A stretch of 64,000 nt of DNA, taken from positions 338,790 through 402,789 of the forward strand of contig JAZQKK010000014.1 of assembly GCA_045542115.1 (NCBI GenBank), in the 5' to 3' direction. The notes below the pieces were generated by a model. That model saw nothing but the letters and a program-made list of their open reading frames with translations, was not told the origin of the DNA and did no database searches. Origin of the DNA: Eubacteriales bacterium. GTDB lineage: Bacteria > Bacillota > Clostridia > Oscillospirales > UBA644. Positions within the stretch are counted from its first letter, which is position 1. Every line of letters begins with the position of its first letter. A program made the position numbers and the translations under genes. Shown here in pieces: positions 51,553-62,160 of this stretch.

Positions 51553-52641
51553 TTATTTTGCGTATTTTCTTACGATTGCCTGCATTTCATCGAACCGTTC
51601 TTCCATCTGCGCAACCAATTTCATCTGGGTATGAGTACGGTCGAGATTGTGCTCCGGATAATCGGTATGGAAGTACCGGTCGCCGTCGATATAATCCAAC
51701 AAGAACCGGCAACCGCATTCCAGAGTCATAATGATGCAACCCCAGACCATACTGTCCAATTCCGCTTCGGTGAAAAAGCCGTCCGCACCGCCGATAAATC
51801 CTTTGGTAAAGGCCTCGAATTTATCCATACAGAAATAGACCTTCGACAGGTCTTTTTCGTCTTCTGCGGCGGAATTGGCGCAGAAGCGAATCGCGTCCCC
51901 GAAATCGTAAGCGGCAAGGCCGGGCATAATGGTGTCCAAATCAATGACACACAGAGGCTTATGCGTCGCTTCGTCGATTAGAATATTGTTGAATTTCGTA
52001 TCGTTGTGGGTAACTCGAAGGGGAAGTTCGCCCTTTTCGATCTGTTCCACAAGGCGGTTGGCCGTTTCGGTACGGGCCCGGAAAAATTCCACTTCCTCCA
52101 AAACGTTTTGCAAACGACCGGATTCGTTCCGGGCAATGCCTGCTTCCATATTTGCGTAGCGTTGACGGGTATTGTGGAAATTGACGATGGTTTCGGCCAG
52201 GGTCGAGCCGTCGTAATCGGAAAGAAGTTTCTGGAAATTTCCAAACGCTTCCCCGGCGTCGGTCAAAATTTGAAGGTCGTCGGCAATGCTGTACGACAGG
52301 GCTTTATCCACGTAATCGTACACCCGCCAATACTTGCCTTCTGCGTCCTTCCAGTAGCCTTTTCCGCTGTCGCCCCGGTAGAAGTGCAACACCTCCCGGT
52401 TCGGGTCTCCGCCCCGCTCCGCGACTTTTTTCCGGAGATGTTCGGTCACCGAAAGGATATTCCCCATTACGCCTTCCGCATCGGGGAACACGTAAGTATT
52501 GATGGTCTGAACCGTGTAAGACTTCCCATCCACGCAAACCACGTAGGTCTGATTGATGTGACCGGTCTTAATGGGACGGACCGACTGAATCGCTCCCTCA
52601 ATGCCAAAATGAGAAATCACCTGGGAAAGAATCTGTTCCAT
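51553..52641 (-). CDS. APH-family phosphotransferase, N-acetylhexosamine-1-kinase-like
   Basis: VTHNDTKFNNILID catalytic loop and VIDLDT motif. 362 aa. Confidence 0.65.
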   Translation of the reverse strand: MEQILSQVISHFGIEGAIQSVRPIKTGHINQTYVVCVDGKSYTVQTINTYVFPDAEGVMGNILSVTEHLRKKVAERGGDPNREVLHFYRGDSGKGYWKDAEGKYWRVYDYVDKALSYSIADDLQILTDAGEAFGNFQKLLSDYDGSTLAETIVNFHNTRQRYANMEAGIARNESGRLQNVLEEVEFFRARTETANRLVEQIEKGELPLRVTHNDTKFNNILIDEATHKPLCVIDLDTIMPGLAAYDFGDAIRFCANSAAEDEKDLSKVYFCMDKFEAFTKGFIGGADGFFTEAELDSMVWGCIIMTLECGCRFLLDYIDGDRYFHTDYPEHNLDRTHTQMKLVAQMEERFDEMQAIVRKYAK

Positions 52642-52656
52642 AATGAAATTCCTTTC

Positions 52657-53877
52657 TTATTCGGACGTTCCCTCTTCCCCGTCGGGACGGGCGGAAGAGC
52701 CGAACGTAATAATATGTTTTCCAAACCGTCCCCGAAGCCGGTCCATTGCAAGTTCCACTTTTTCCTGCTTTTCACTGGTTCGGTCGGTATCCGAAGGGAC
52801 GAGAGAATACTGCAACGGAAACTCCCCTTCCTCGGAAAGGTCGCTGACCGTGACGGTCAAAGAGCGAATGGGGGAAGAGCCTATTTTCCAATTCTGCTCC
52901 AACAATTCCATCGCAACGGCGGCAATCTCTTTTGCCAGATGGGTGGGACGTTCCAATTTTTTCTGCCGCTGCAAAGTCGTAAGCATCGTATCTTTCACGG
53001 AAATCTGAACGGTGCGACCCTTTTTCCCTTCTTTCCGAAGGCGGCCGGCTACCGAATCGGACAACGCCAAAAGATTGGAATAAATCTCGCTTCGGTCGGT
53101 AAGGTCGTGGGGGTAAGTCACGCCGTTCCCCACGGATTTGACCGGTTCCCGTTGGGTTCGCACGGGAGAATCGTCCAGCCCCCGGGCATAAAGGGAGAGG
53201 GTCTGCCCTGCTTTTCCGAACCGGCGGGCCAAAAATTCCGGGTCTGCCGCAGCCAAGTGACCAATGGTGCGAAGGCCCAACCGTTCCAATTCCGCTTTCA
53301 TTTTCCGTCCAACCCCGAACAAATCTCCTACGGGAAGGGGATAGACGATGGTGGGAACGTCTTGGGAGAAAATGACGGTAGTGGCGTCGGGCTTCTTGTA
53401 ATCGCTTCCCAATTTTGCAAAGATTTTGTTGTAAGAAACCCCCACGGAAATGGTGACGCCGATTTTTTCTTTCACTTCCCGGCGAAGTTTATCCGCAATG
53501 GTTTTTCCATCCCCGAACAACCGCTGGCTTCCGGTGACGTCGAGCCAGGATTCGTCGATGCTGAACGGCTCCACAAGGTCGGTATAATTCCGATAGATCT
53601 CATTGATACGAAGGCTGACTTCTTCGTATTTTTCGTGGTGCGGAGGCACCAACAGAAGGTCGGGACATTTTCGCTGGGCCTGCCAGATGGTCTCCGCCGT
53701 CTGCACGCCGAAGGCTTTCGCCTTTTCGTTCTTAGCCAAAATGATGCCGTGACGCCGGGAGGGGTCTCCCGCTACCGCCATCGGTACGGAACGGTATTCC
53801 GGATGGTCGATGGATTCCACGGAGGCAAAAAAATTATTGCAATCGCAATGAAGGATGACCCGATGTTCCATTCTCAT
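52657..53877 (-). CDS. dinB: DNA polymerase IV (Y-family)
   Basis: ILHCDCNNFFASVE, SIDESWLDVT and related motifs. Start at ATG 53877 (ATGA overlap). Confidence 0.9.
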   Translation of the reverse strand: MRMEHRVILHCDCNNFFASVESIDHPEYRSVPMAVAGDPSRRHGIILAKNEKAKAFGVQTAETIWQAQRKCPDLLLVPPHHEKYEEVSLRINEIYRNYTDLVEPFSIDESWLDVTGSQRLFGDGKTIADKLRREVKEKIGVTISVGVSYNKIFAKLGSDYKKPDATTVIFSQDVPTIVYPLPVGDLFGVGRKMKAELERLGLRTIGHLAAADPEFLARRFGKAGQTLSLYARGLDDSPVRTQREPVKSVGNGVTYPHDLTDRSEIYSNLLALSDSVAGRLRKEGKKGRTVQISVKDTMLTTLQRQKKLERPTHLAKEIAAVAMELLEQNWKIGSSPIRSLTVTVSDLSEEGEFPLQYSLVPSDTDRTSEKQEKVELAMDRLRGRFGKHIITFGSSARPDGEEGTSE

Positions 53878-54401
53878 TCTCCGGAAATCCGACCGGAAAG
53901 AGCCTTCTCCAAGGACGTTTGCAAGGCAAGGTCTTCCCCGGTAATTTCCCGGATATACCACGCCCCGTCTTGCTCAGTCACTAAAATCTCGCTTCCGTTG
54001 GCATAGAAGGGGTCGTTATATCCCTGACGAGTCACGGACAGGGTGACGGTAACGGTAAATTCTCCGTTCTTCTTGGCCACCTTTAACCGGGAAAAACCGT
54101 TCAGGTAGGTATTGTCGTTCTTTTTCAGGTCCGAAATCCGGTCGGTCCACGCCGTCCGAAGAGCATCGGTTTTTTCCACCGCACCCGCCTCGGAGTAAAG
54201 AAAAACACGGTCGAAGGCGTCGTCCAAACGTTGTTTTTCCACATCTTTCAAAAAATCGGAAACAGCCCAACGGAGCCGAAAACACTCGTAAGAAAACGAA
54301 GTATTATCCCGGGGAATAAAAAATAGCACGCCGGTGACGATAAGTCCCACAACAAGGACTGCTCCTACCAAAGCAAAAATGGGTTTTAACCGCCGATTCA
54401 T
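53874..54401 (-). CDS. Membrane-anchored hypothetical protein
   Basis: Start at ATG 54401 (MNRRLKPIFALVGAVLVVGLIV...). Confidence 0.55.
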   Translation of the reverse strand: MNRRLKPIFALVGAVLVVGLIVTGVLFFIPRDNTSFSYECFRLRWAVSDFLKDVEKQRLDDAFDRVFLYSEAGAVEKTDALRTAWTDRISDLKKNDNTYLNGFSRLKVAKKNGEFTVTVTLSVTRQGYNDPFYANGSEILVTEQDGAWYIREITGEDLALQTSLEKALSGRISGE

Positions 54402-54614
54402 AACAAAACTCCTCTTGGGTATTTTATCACGGTCGTTCGTAAAAGACAAGAGATAAAAAATTCTCCTTTATGGAGAAATCGACCGGGATAACGAACTTTC
54501 TACCGAGAGTATACCATATTTTTTTCGTTGTTGCAAGTAGATTGGGATATTTTTTATAAAAAAGACCGAAACGGGGCGAAATCGGGGGTTATTATGACAT
54601 TTCTGAAACATTGG

Positions 54615-54643
54615 TTGACTTTCCGGGGGAAGTATGCTATAAT
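54615..54643 (+). promoter_or_regulatory. Consensus promoter of the corC/hlyC-type gene leader
   Basis: TTGACT-17 nt-TATAAT. Confidence 0.6.
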
Positions 54644-54649
54644 TGAAGA

Positions 54650-54779
54650 AATTCTGAGAAAAGCGAAGTGAACGATTCCGTGGGCGACCACCCTCGAAGT
54701 AGTCAGACTGACCCGGTAATTGAAGATTGTGTAAGTCACATAGGACGGTTTTGATCAAAAGCGTCTTATGTGTTTTTTT
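54650..54779 (+). promoter_or_regulatory. Unclassified ~130-nt leader ending in an intrinsic terminator (candidate riboswitch/attenuator)
   Basis: Terminator CACATAGGACG-14 nt-CGTCTTATGTG plus TTTTTTT (54737-54779), 50 nt before the ATG. Internal hairpins GTGG-GCGA-CCAC and GTCAG-a-CTGAC. Confidence 0.45.
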
Positions 54780-54829
54780 GCTTTTTTTGAAAATTTGAAT
54801 GATAAAACAAGACAGGAGTTTTTCGTATT

Positions 54830-56149
54830 ATGTCCGACCCGTACCCTCAAACCGTGATAGCGGTACTTCTTCTTTTGCTCAATGCATTGTTTGCCTTGGG
54901 AGGAGAATCCTTTAAAACGTTGAACAAAGCCATTTTGAACCGGAAGGCCGAGGAAGGCGATCCCACCGCCCGGAAAATCACGAAAGTGATGGAACGCCCC
55001 GACCTGTTCCGAGCCGCTCTTTCCACGGGAAGAGCCTTGTGCAAAGCCGGAGCCGTCGCATTGATCTTTGCTGCATATCAGTCTCCCCTGACCGCCGCGT
55101 TGGGAACGGAATCTTGGGTTGCCCCGGTCTCCGCATTGATTTTAGCGGTAGCCACGGTCCTGGTCTTCGTGTTTTTGGGAGAAATCCTGCCCATCCGCGT
55201 AGCGGAACAGAAATCCGACGGAATCATTTACCCCGTTTGGGGCACCCTTCGGTTTTTTGCATTTCTGTTCTACCCCGTTGCCATCCCCGTTAACGTTGCA
55301 ACCACCCTGCTGATTCAACTGTTTGGGCTGAAACAGACCGCGGACGAAGCCCTTTCCAAGGAAGAGATTCAAACCTTGGTGGAAGAGAGCAGTGACAGCG
55401 GACTTCTGGAAGAACACGAACGGGATATGCTGGAAGGAATCTTTGACTTTAACGAAAAGACCGCCGACCAGGTAATGACCCCCCGGACGGAAGTTTTTCT
55501 GATTGACGCAGACGCGCCCCTCTCCGAGTATCTGGAAGAAATGCTCAACGAAAAATATTCCCGTATCCCCGTCTACCGGGAAAAGGTGGACAACATCATC
55601 GGGATTCTTTATTTGAAAGATTTTCTCTGCGAAGCCTATCGGGTGGGATTTGACAACGTCGATATCGCCCGGTGTATGCACGACGTCTATTTCGTTCCCG
55701 AACGCAAGCGGCTGGACGACCTGTATCGGGAATTGCAGAAGTCCAAAAACCATATGGCGGTACTCATCGATGAATACGGCGGATTTTCCGGCGTAGTCAC
55801 CATCGAAGACCTGATTGAAGAGGTTATGGGCGACATCGACGACGAATACGACGAGGAAGAAGAAGAGATCCGTTCGGAAGACGACGGAACGTTTTTGGCA
55901 GAAGGGTCTGCCACCATTGCCGAAATCAACGAACATCTTGGCTTGGAATTGGACGAAGATAGCGAAGATTACGACACGGTAGGCGGTCTTATCATCAAAC
56001 TTTTGGGATATATCCCCGAAGAAGGAGAAGACCTTTCCCTGGAATATGAAGGCTGTTCCTTCCAAGTGGAAAAGATTTCCGACCGTCGCATTGAATCGGT
56101 CCGCATCCGGAAATTGGAACAACCGGAAGAATCCGAAGAAAAAGAATAA
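54830..56149 (+). CDS. HlyC/CorC-family transporter (DUF21 - CBS pair - CorC_HlyC)
   Basis: N-terminal TM DUF21 region. CBS region (QVMTPRTEVF...IPVYRE...IGILYLKD). C-terminal ...VGGLIIKLLGYIPEEGE.... Confidence 0.8.
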   Translation: MSDPYPQTVIAVLLLLLNALFALGGESFKTLNKAILNRKAEEGDPTARKITKVMERPDLFRAALSTGRALCKAGAVALIFAAYQSPLTAALGTESWVAPVSALILAVATVLVFVFLGEILPIRVAEQKSDGIIYPVWGTLRFFAFLFYPVAIPVNVATTLLIQLFGLKQTADEALSKEEIQTLVEESSDSGLLEEHERDMLEGIFDFNEKTADQVMTPRTEVFLIDADAPLSEYLEEMLNEKYSRIPVYREKVDNIIGILYLKDFLCEAYRVGFDNVDIARCMHDVYFVPERKRLDDLYRELQKSKNHMAVLIDEYGGFSGVVTIEDLIEEVMGDIDDEYDEEEEEIRSEDDGTFLAEGSATIAEINEHLGLELDEDSEDYDTVGGLIIKLLGYIPEEGEDLSLEYEGCSFQVEKISDRRIESVRIRKLEQPEESEEKE

Positions 56150-56161
56150 CTTATACGCCAA

Positions 56162-56198
56162 GGCCGGAAACGGGATTCTCCGTTTCCGGCCTATTTTT
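56162..56198. terminator. Bidirectional terminator
   Basis: GGCCGGAAACGG-gattct-CCGTTTCCGGCC plus TATTTTT. Confidence 0.7.
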
Positions 56199-56204
56199 CT
56201 TTAT

Positions 56205-58133
56205 TTAGGGAAGAAGCTCAATTCCCGCAAATTCGTAAGGATACAGAACCGTCGTTAAAACGACCTTTCCGTTTTGGAAGGTTCCTTCGCAGTTGATAAA
56301 CCGTGCCGAAGAATACGTTCCGTTGATTCGAATGGACAAATCGGAAATCTTGTCTTCAAACAAATTCCAAACGCCCACGCTTAGGGACGCCGCATCTTTT
56401 TTTACAAGGGTGTAAAGATAAGGGTGATTTCCCTCCGCATAGGCATCCAGGGGCGCCCGATTTAACCATTCTACCTGCGCGAGAAGCATCCGGCGAAGGG
56501 CATATCCGTTCAGATATCCGGCATTTTCCATTCCTCGCTGGGAAAGTTGCTGACTTTCCACCAAGAAAATCAAAAACCGCTGCCCGTCTTCATTTTCATA
56601 ACGGACCCAACCGGGAAGGCGGACATCGTTGGAAACGAATTCCGTCAATACCCGAGCATTTTCTTTGAGAGAAACGGTTCTGGGACAAACTTTGCCGCTG
56701 ACCCGAACGTACTCGTCTTCCTCCCGAAAATACTGCTGCATTCCTCCCAGATAGGAAATCTTCAACGTTCCTTCCTCGTCTGAGGGAAGGATTCCCACGT
56801 CGATTCCCCGTTCTATGAGGATCTCTGCCGCGGTAATATCCAAAATACAACCGCTGTTCAATTCCTTCGCGGGAATATGGCGGGCGTGTTCTCCAAATAT
56901 AATCTTTGCACCGGTGCCGCCGTACGCCGTGGGAAGGTTATTCATCACGGGAAGCGTAAACGACGGCTTATACCCGCCGGAACCGTAATGCAAAACCTTA
57001 AAATTCGGCTGCTCTGCCGCATTTTTCAAATCTCCGTCCCGAAGAATATGTTCCGCAAGATAGGGAACGACCCCCACGGCTCGTTTTTCGGAAAAGGATT
57101 TTGAAATAGCGGAATAAAGATTTAAATTCCGGTGCCAAGCATCGGCATAGCCCCGTTCATAATACACGTCGGAGCAATAGTCCAGGGCATATTTTAAAAT
57201 TCCGTTTGCCTTTCCGTCGGCCCGCAAGACCTGGTCAAAACATTCCAAATAGGAGGCCGGGCAATAGAATCTGGGACGGGGATAGGTATCCCCTTCCGTA
57301 ATCAATTCAATCTCCCAATCCCGGCACCATTCTATCTGGCAACGTTCCATTTCCAAGGACATTCCCAAGGTACATTTTCCATCGTTGTAGCTGTGATACG
57401 GCGCTCCGAACGTCCGCAGGAACGGTTTCGTTTTCCCCGCGAGAATCTGAATCAGCCGTTGCGCACGAATGCCGTCTGCATCCCACAAATAATAGGAGGC
57501 ACAGACCCCCATCCGTTGGTTTGGATTCACTTCATCCACCGCGTTCCGCAACGCCGTAGCCAACCGATAGAGGGTTTCTCCCTGAACCTTTATCCAAACG
57601 TCCCGATACGGGTTTGCCCCGCCCTGAAAGGCCTTCATTTTCCATTCTTCTGCCGTTAAAGTCTCACCGATCTCACGGTTCATCCATTCCACGTGGGTGG
57701 AACAGCAGCAGCCGCCGTTCAGTCGAAAATCGTCGTCAAGCATAATCAGGTCGGGGCGCATTTGGGCGACCTTACCGACCCAACGGCAAAGCCCCTGGGT
57801 AAACCGTTCGTCCGTGGGACAAAAGGAGGCAACCGTCCCTTTGTTCGGCAGTTGCATTCGGCGGTACGGCTCTTCCCAGCCTTGGGGATATTGGGTAACC
57901 TGGTCGTGTCCCAGCGTCTCGCCGATCCAAACCACGACCTCGAATCCCTTTTCCTGAGAAAGAGCGATAAGACGTTGTAATTTTTCTAAATTTTCAGGAG
58001 AAGAAAACTCATAATCCAACTCCCGATTCAAGGCAAAAGCTACCCGGTCCGCTTTACAGCGTTGCAATTCTTCAAATAAATGCTCTTCCTGAAAATGAGT
58101 ATCTACAATAATCGGCACCGTAGTTGTATACAT
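56205..58133 (-). CDS. Large hypothetical cytoplasmic protein
   Basis: 642-aa ORF, no signal peptide, no motif recognised. Confidence 0.6.
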   Translation of the reverse strand: MYTTTVPIIVDTHFQEEHLFEELQRCKADRVAFALNRELDYEFSSPENLEKLQRLIALSQEKGFEVVVWIGETLGHDQVTQYPQGWEEPYRRMQLPNKGTVASFCPTDERFTQGLCRWVGKVAQMRPDLIMLDDDFRLNGGCCCSTHVEWMNREIGETLTAEEWKMKAFQGGANPYRDVWIKVQGETLYRLATALRNAVDEVNPNQRMGVCASYYLWDADGIRAQRLIQILAGKTKPFLRTFGAPYHSYNDGKCTLGMSLEMERCQIEWCRDWEIELITEGDTYPRPRFYCPASYLECFDQVLRADGKANGILKYALDYCSDVYYERGYADAWHRNLNLYSAISKSFSEKRAVGVVPYLAEHILRDGDLKNAAEQPNFKVLHYGSGGYKPSFTLPVMNNLPTAYGGTGAKIIFGEHARHIPAKELNSGCILDITAAEILIERGIDVGILPSDEEGTLKISYLGGMQQYFREEDEYVRVSGKVCPRTVSLKENARVLTEFVSNDVRLPGWVRYENEDGQRFLIFLVESQQLSQRGMENAGYLNGYALRRMLLAQVEWLNRAPLDAYAEGNHPYLYTLVKKDAASLSVGVWNLFEDKISDLSIRINGTYSSARFINCEGTFQNGKVVLTTVLYPYEFAGIELLP

Positions 58134-58134
58134 A

Positions 58135-59148
58135 TCAAAACAAATCCTTTACTTTATTGAAGATTCCGCCCCGTAAATGAGCTTCGTGGGTCTGATCGGA
58201 TATCAGATGAAGCGGTGCAACGATCCGCTCAAACACACCGGGACCGCCGGGCATTCCTTCTGAGAGAATCACGTTGTTCGTTTGTCCTTCCTTGAATCCA
58301 ATCTTAAAATCCGTTACGATCGACCGGAATTTTCCCTCGGTCCGAAATGCGGTATGGCAGTCCCCCAAGGGAGAGTACCACATACAGTAACAAGAGCTAT
58401 ACATACTGTGGATGTCGTTGTTTTCCCGGTATCCGTAATAGAAGTTGTCGCTGTAACAGACGTTGAACCAATTCGTTCCCCGGTCGTCGAAAAATCCGCA
58501 GCTTCCTTCAAACTCGTTAAAATCCAGAGTAAACAGAGGATGGATATTTCGAAGAATGTTCCCGGCAGAATGAATCACCACCCCTTGATAAACGTTGGCG
58601 ATTCTCATATTGGTAAAGGTATTGTCAAACCCTTCCACCAAAACTCCGATGGCATCCTTCGTTCCGTTTCCCACAATGTTCACGTTCGTAATATCCGCAT
58701 CGGAGGAACCGTTGTTGGCTCCGAATTTCACGTGGAGTCCCACCGTGGTATTCTTAATGGAAACCTGTTTGACCACGGTTTCTCTTCCGCCGTCGATGGA
58801 AATTCCCTTTGCCCTTCCCATTCCGTCCAAGATTCCGCCGGTAAAGGAATAATTACTGCCGACCGTTTCAATATCGTTGGCGGGATGCGTAGCCCCGAGA
58901 CGAATCATCGCCTCCGTGCTGTCATAGCGGTCCGAAGGACGGATCACCGCGTAATTGGAAAGTTGCAGATCGACGCTCTTTTCCGGATGAGCAGGAGTTA
59001 ATATCGGCCGGTCCAGCCGGTATTCTCCGTCCGGGAAATAAATCGTTCGGTTTGGATTTTTATCAATAACCTCTTGTATTATCCCGGAAACGTCTCCGGA
59101 ATAATTCTCCGGAATATAATCCGACAGGTTGATATATCCGTAAATCAT
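58135..59148 (-). CDS. Right-handed beta-helix (pectate-lyase-superfamily) protein
   Basis: Repetitive ...GISIDGG..., VSIKNTTVGLHV, ITNVNIVGNG, FTNMRIANVYQGVVIHS coils. Start at ATG 59148. Confidence 0.6.
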   Translation of the reverse strand: MIYGYINLSDYIPENYSGDVSGIIQEVIDKNPNRTIYFPDGEYRLDRPILTPAHPEKSVDLQLSNYAVIRPSDRYDSTEAMIRLGATHPANDIETVGSNYSFTGGILDGMGRAKGISIDGGRETVVKQVSIKNTTVGLHVKFGANNGSSDADITNVNIVGNGTKDAIGVLVEGFDNTFTNMRIANVYQGVVIHSAGNILRNIHPLFTLDFNEFEGSCGFFDDRGTNWFNVCYSDNFYYGYRENNDIHSMYSSCYCMWYSPLGDCHTAFRTEGKFRSIVTDFKIGFKEGQTNNVILSEGMPGGPGVFERIVAPLHLISDQTHEAHLRGGIFNKVKDLF

Positions 59149-59339
59149 AAAAGGCTCCTCGCTTCTCCACAATAGTTCACTTCATTGTAGCATAAACGAA
59201 ATTGGTTGTCAACCCATATTACAAAAAAATAAACCGGAGCAAAACCGTTCCCGGAAACGTCTGCATCGTGCATTTTCCGAGAAAACGCGGCATAGATTGG
59301 AATATCAACGATATTCAACGAAAAAAACGAGGTGCCGCT

Positions 59340-60845
59340 ATGAATCCCGAAATGAACCGTCTGCAACTGCTTTCCTTAGCTCCGGACAAAAAGGGAGAAG
59401 CCGGGGCGGAATGTGAAATCATTCTTCCCGATTATTGCCCCAACATTTTACGCATCTTACAATGCACCGCCCATCCCACGCTCCACTCTGCGGTACGGTC
59501 GTCCGACCGCGTGAAAGTGGAAGGAAGCGTGGAGTACAAGGTTTTGTATCTGGCGGAAGACGGATGCACCGTACAATCGGTGTGTCAGCAAGCCCCTTTC
59601 TCCTGCTCCCCCGAAGTAAACTGCCACCAGGATGCGGAGATTCGAGTGACGCTGACCCCGAAAAATTGCATTGCAAGAGCCTTAAATCCACAAAAGATCC
59701 ACGCCCGCTGTTCGGTGCAAATCGCCATTAAAATCAATCAAACCAGTGCCGTTCCGTTGCCCGAGCTTCCGGGGGAATGTGAGCGGAAAACCTGCAAAAA
59801 GAAGGCAACGAAACATCTTTGCTCCGCCCGAAAACCATTGCGGATTTCCGACGAATGGGAGACCGATGCACCCCCGGTCATCGCGTCGGTACTGCAAACC
59901 GAAGTCCGTTTCCGGGAGACCGAACAAAAGCCTCTGACCGACAAACTTATCGTCAAGGGAGATATGATATTCCATCTGCTTTGCGCTTCGGATGACCATC
60001 GTCTGTTCCCGGTACAAAAGGTTTTCCCCATTTCCCAAATCCTGGACCTTCCCGGAGTGGGACCGGGGGTCGTTTGCCGGACGGAATTTGAGTTACTATC
60101 CGCCTCTGTCACTCTGCGGGAAGAGACGGCGGAACAGAATCGTGCCATCGTCTACGACGTGGAAATTCAGGTCTCCGCCGAGGCCTACGAAACCGAAACG
60201 GCGGAATGGACCGAAGACGTTTATTCGGTAAAGAAGACCTTGGATTGCACCCGGGAAGCGGTCTATACGGAACGGTTCACCCAAATCAGCGAATCCGATT
60301 CTTTCCGGGAAACGGCGGAAATCGGTACCTGCACCGAAATTCTGTGGGTAGATGCAAAACCGGAATTACGAGGAACCTATTACCGGGAAGAAGACGATAA
60401 ACTCATCTGCGAAGGCATTTGGGATTGCCGGATTCTGATGACCGACGGAGACGGAACGCCGCTTTGCACCTTGCGAGAGATCCCCTTTACCTTGCAGACC
60501 CCGGCAAACGGCTGCAAAAATCCCGTGCGAAACGACACGGTCTTAACTCTGTCAGAATTGTCCTGGTCGCTGATTGACGCAACCCACGGAGAATTCCGGG
60601 GAACCTACCACTGGAACGGTCTGATTTTCGGACGAGAACGGGGCGAAACGGTGGTCACCGTTACCGAAAAAGAAGACCGTCCAAAAAACCTCGACGGTAT
60701 CGTTCTGTACTATGCAAGCAAGGGAGAATCCGCTTGGGACATCGCGAAAGACCACGGCTGCCCCTACGAAGAATTGATTCACGCCAACCGGTTGGAACAA
60801 GACGAAATTAACGAGGACAAAATGCTTACGATTCTTTGCTGTTAA
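59340..60845 (+). CDS. DUF3794-like repeat protein with C-terminal LysM (SipL-like sporulation protein candidate)
   Basis: C-terminal IVLYYASKGESAWDIAKDHGCPYEELIHANRL is LysM-like. Start at ATG 59340. Confidence 0.5.
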   Translation: MNPEMNRLQLLSLAPDKKGEAGAECEIILPDYCPNILRILQCTAHPTLHSAVRSSDRVKVEGSVEYKVLYLAEDGCTVQSVCQQAPFSCSPEVNCHQDAEIRVTLTPKNCIARALNPQKIHARCSVQIAIKINQTSAVPLPELPGECERKTCKKKATKHLCSARKPLRISDEWETDAPPVIASVLQTEVRFRETEQKPLTDKLIVKGDMIFHLLCASDDHRLFPVQKVFPISQILDLPGVGPGVVCRTEFELLSASVTLREETAEQNRAIVYDVEIQVSAEAYETETAEWTEDVYSVKKTLDCTREAVYTERFTQISESDSFRETAEIGTCTEILWVDAKPELRGTYYREEDDKLICEGIWDCRILMTDGDGTPLCTLREIPFTLQTPANGCKNPVRNDTVLTLSELSWSLIDATHGEFRGTYHWNGLIFGRERGETVVTVTEKEDRPKNLDGIVLYYASKGESAWDIAKDHGCPYEELIHANRLEQDEINEDKMLTILCC

Positions 60846-60853
60846 CAAAAAAA

Positions 60854-60888
60854 AGAGAGACGAAGAACCTTCGTCTCTCTTATCTTTT
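60854..60888. terminator. Bidirectional terminator
   Basis: AGAGAGACGAAG-aac-CTTCGTCTCTCT plus TATCTTTT. Confidence 0.7.
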
Positions 60889-60894
60889 GAGATA

Positions 60895-62160
60895 TCAAAC
60901 TTCTTTTTTTCGCTTCTGGGTCAGGGCGGCGATCAACCCAATCAGAACGATGCCCGCCCACAGAAGAACGACGCCGGTCCAATTCAAGTACTGTGCCACG
61001 AACCCGAACACCAAATTGCAAAGAGCGGCGACGATATAGCCGGAGCAGTCCAAAATTCCGTTGATGCTGGATACCCGCCCGGTCTTCCCCATTCCAGGGA
61101 TGTAGATGCTCCATAAAAGGGCGGAAGCGCAACCGGTGGACATCAACGCCAACGCCAGCAAAATCACGTTTACCCAGGGCATCGATACAAAGGCAGCGCC
61201 CACATAAAACAGCGTGGCAAGGGCGAAGAAGATTCGCATCAACAAAATATCGTTTTCTTTGGTCATCCGGAAGAGGGCCAGCGACAGGAATGGCATCATC
61301 CCCTTGCAGAAACAAATAACCGCATAAATGGAATTGGCAAACTCCGCAGCAAATCCCAACCGTTGAGTCAGATAGGTGGGAACCCAGAAGGCAACGGCGG
61401 TAATCGCAGTCTCGATCACCGCGCCAACGATCATATAAAAGGAGAACCGTTCAATTTTAAAGACGCTTAAAACACCCTTGATTCCGTCTTTCTTCCCGGA
61501 GCGATAGGTAATCTGCCCTTTCTTTTCAAAGCGGGTAATAACCGCAAGGGCGCAGATGCAGATCACAAGGGTCATACAGCCGGCGGCAACAAAAACCCAT
61601 TCCCAATCGAAAAGAATGGAAAGGATGCTTGCCACAAAAGGACCGGCAAAAGAAGCGACGGAGAAGAAGGTACAAATGGTGCGGGAATGATTTTGGCTGG
61701 TGTTTTCGGAAATAATTTTTACCAACGGACCGCGAAGCATCGAAAGAGAAAAACCAAGCAGCGCATAGCAGACCAGCCGCATCCAAACGAAGGGAAATAA
61801 GGGAAAGAAGATGCTGGTAATCGAAGTTCCAAAAAGACCGCAGGCAATCAACTTTTTCGGATTGAGAATATCTCCCAGAATTCCGTTAAACAACTGCCCG
61901 GCGGCATACGTAACCATAAAAACGGAAGAAAGAAGGCCCACAAACCCTTCGGTATAAAGACCGGCTGCAATCATACTCGGAGAGGTAACGCCCAACAGTT
62001 GACGGCTGTAATAACTGACCAAGTACGAAAAAATGCAGACGATTCCAATGGAAACCGCGTGTTTAACCTGAGGAGAAACTTTTCCGCTCACAACAATCGC
62101 TCCTTCAAAAGAATCACTTTTAACTTGAACATTATAGCGAATCGTCGAAGATTTGTCCAT
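60895..62160 (-). CDS. MFS transporter
   Basis: Polytopic membrane protein with GQLFNGILGD-type loop. Start tentatively ATG 62160. Confidence 0.7.
   Translation of the reverse strand: MDKSSTIRYNVQVKSDSFEGAIVVSGKVSPQVKHAVSIGIVCIFSYLVSYYSRQLLGVTSPSMIAAGLYTEGFVGLLSSVFMVTYAAGQLFNGILGDILNPKKLIACGLFGTSITSIFFPLFPFVWMRLVCYALLGFSLSMLRGPLVKIISENTSQNHSRTICTFFSVASFAGPFVASILSILFDWEWVFVAAGCMTLVICICALAVITRFEKKGQITYRSGKKDGIKGVLSVFKIERFSFYMIVGAVIETAITAVAFWVPTYLTQRLGFAAEFANSIYAVICFCKGMMPFLSLALFRMTKENDILLMRIFFALATLFYVGAAFVSMPWVNVILLALALMSTGCASALLWSIYIPGMGKTGRVSSINGILDCSGYIVAALCNLVFGFVAQYLNWTGVVLLWAGIVLIGLIAALTQKRKKEV

Noticed and set aside
52006-54006. 666-aa plus-strand ORF
   Set aside because: It is antisense to the kinase and dinB genes, which have clear motifs. 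The composition is typical of a shadow ORF.
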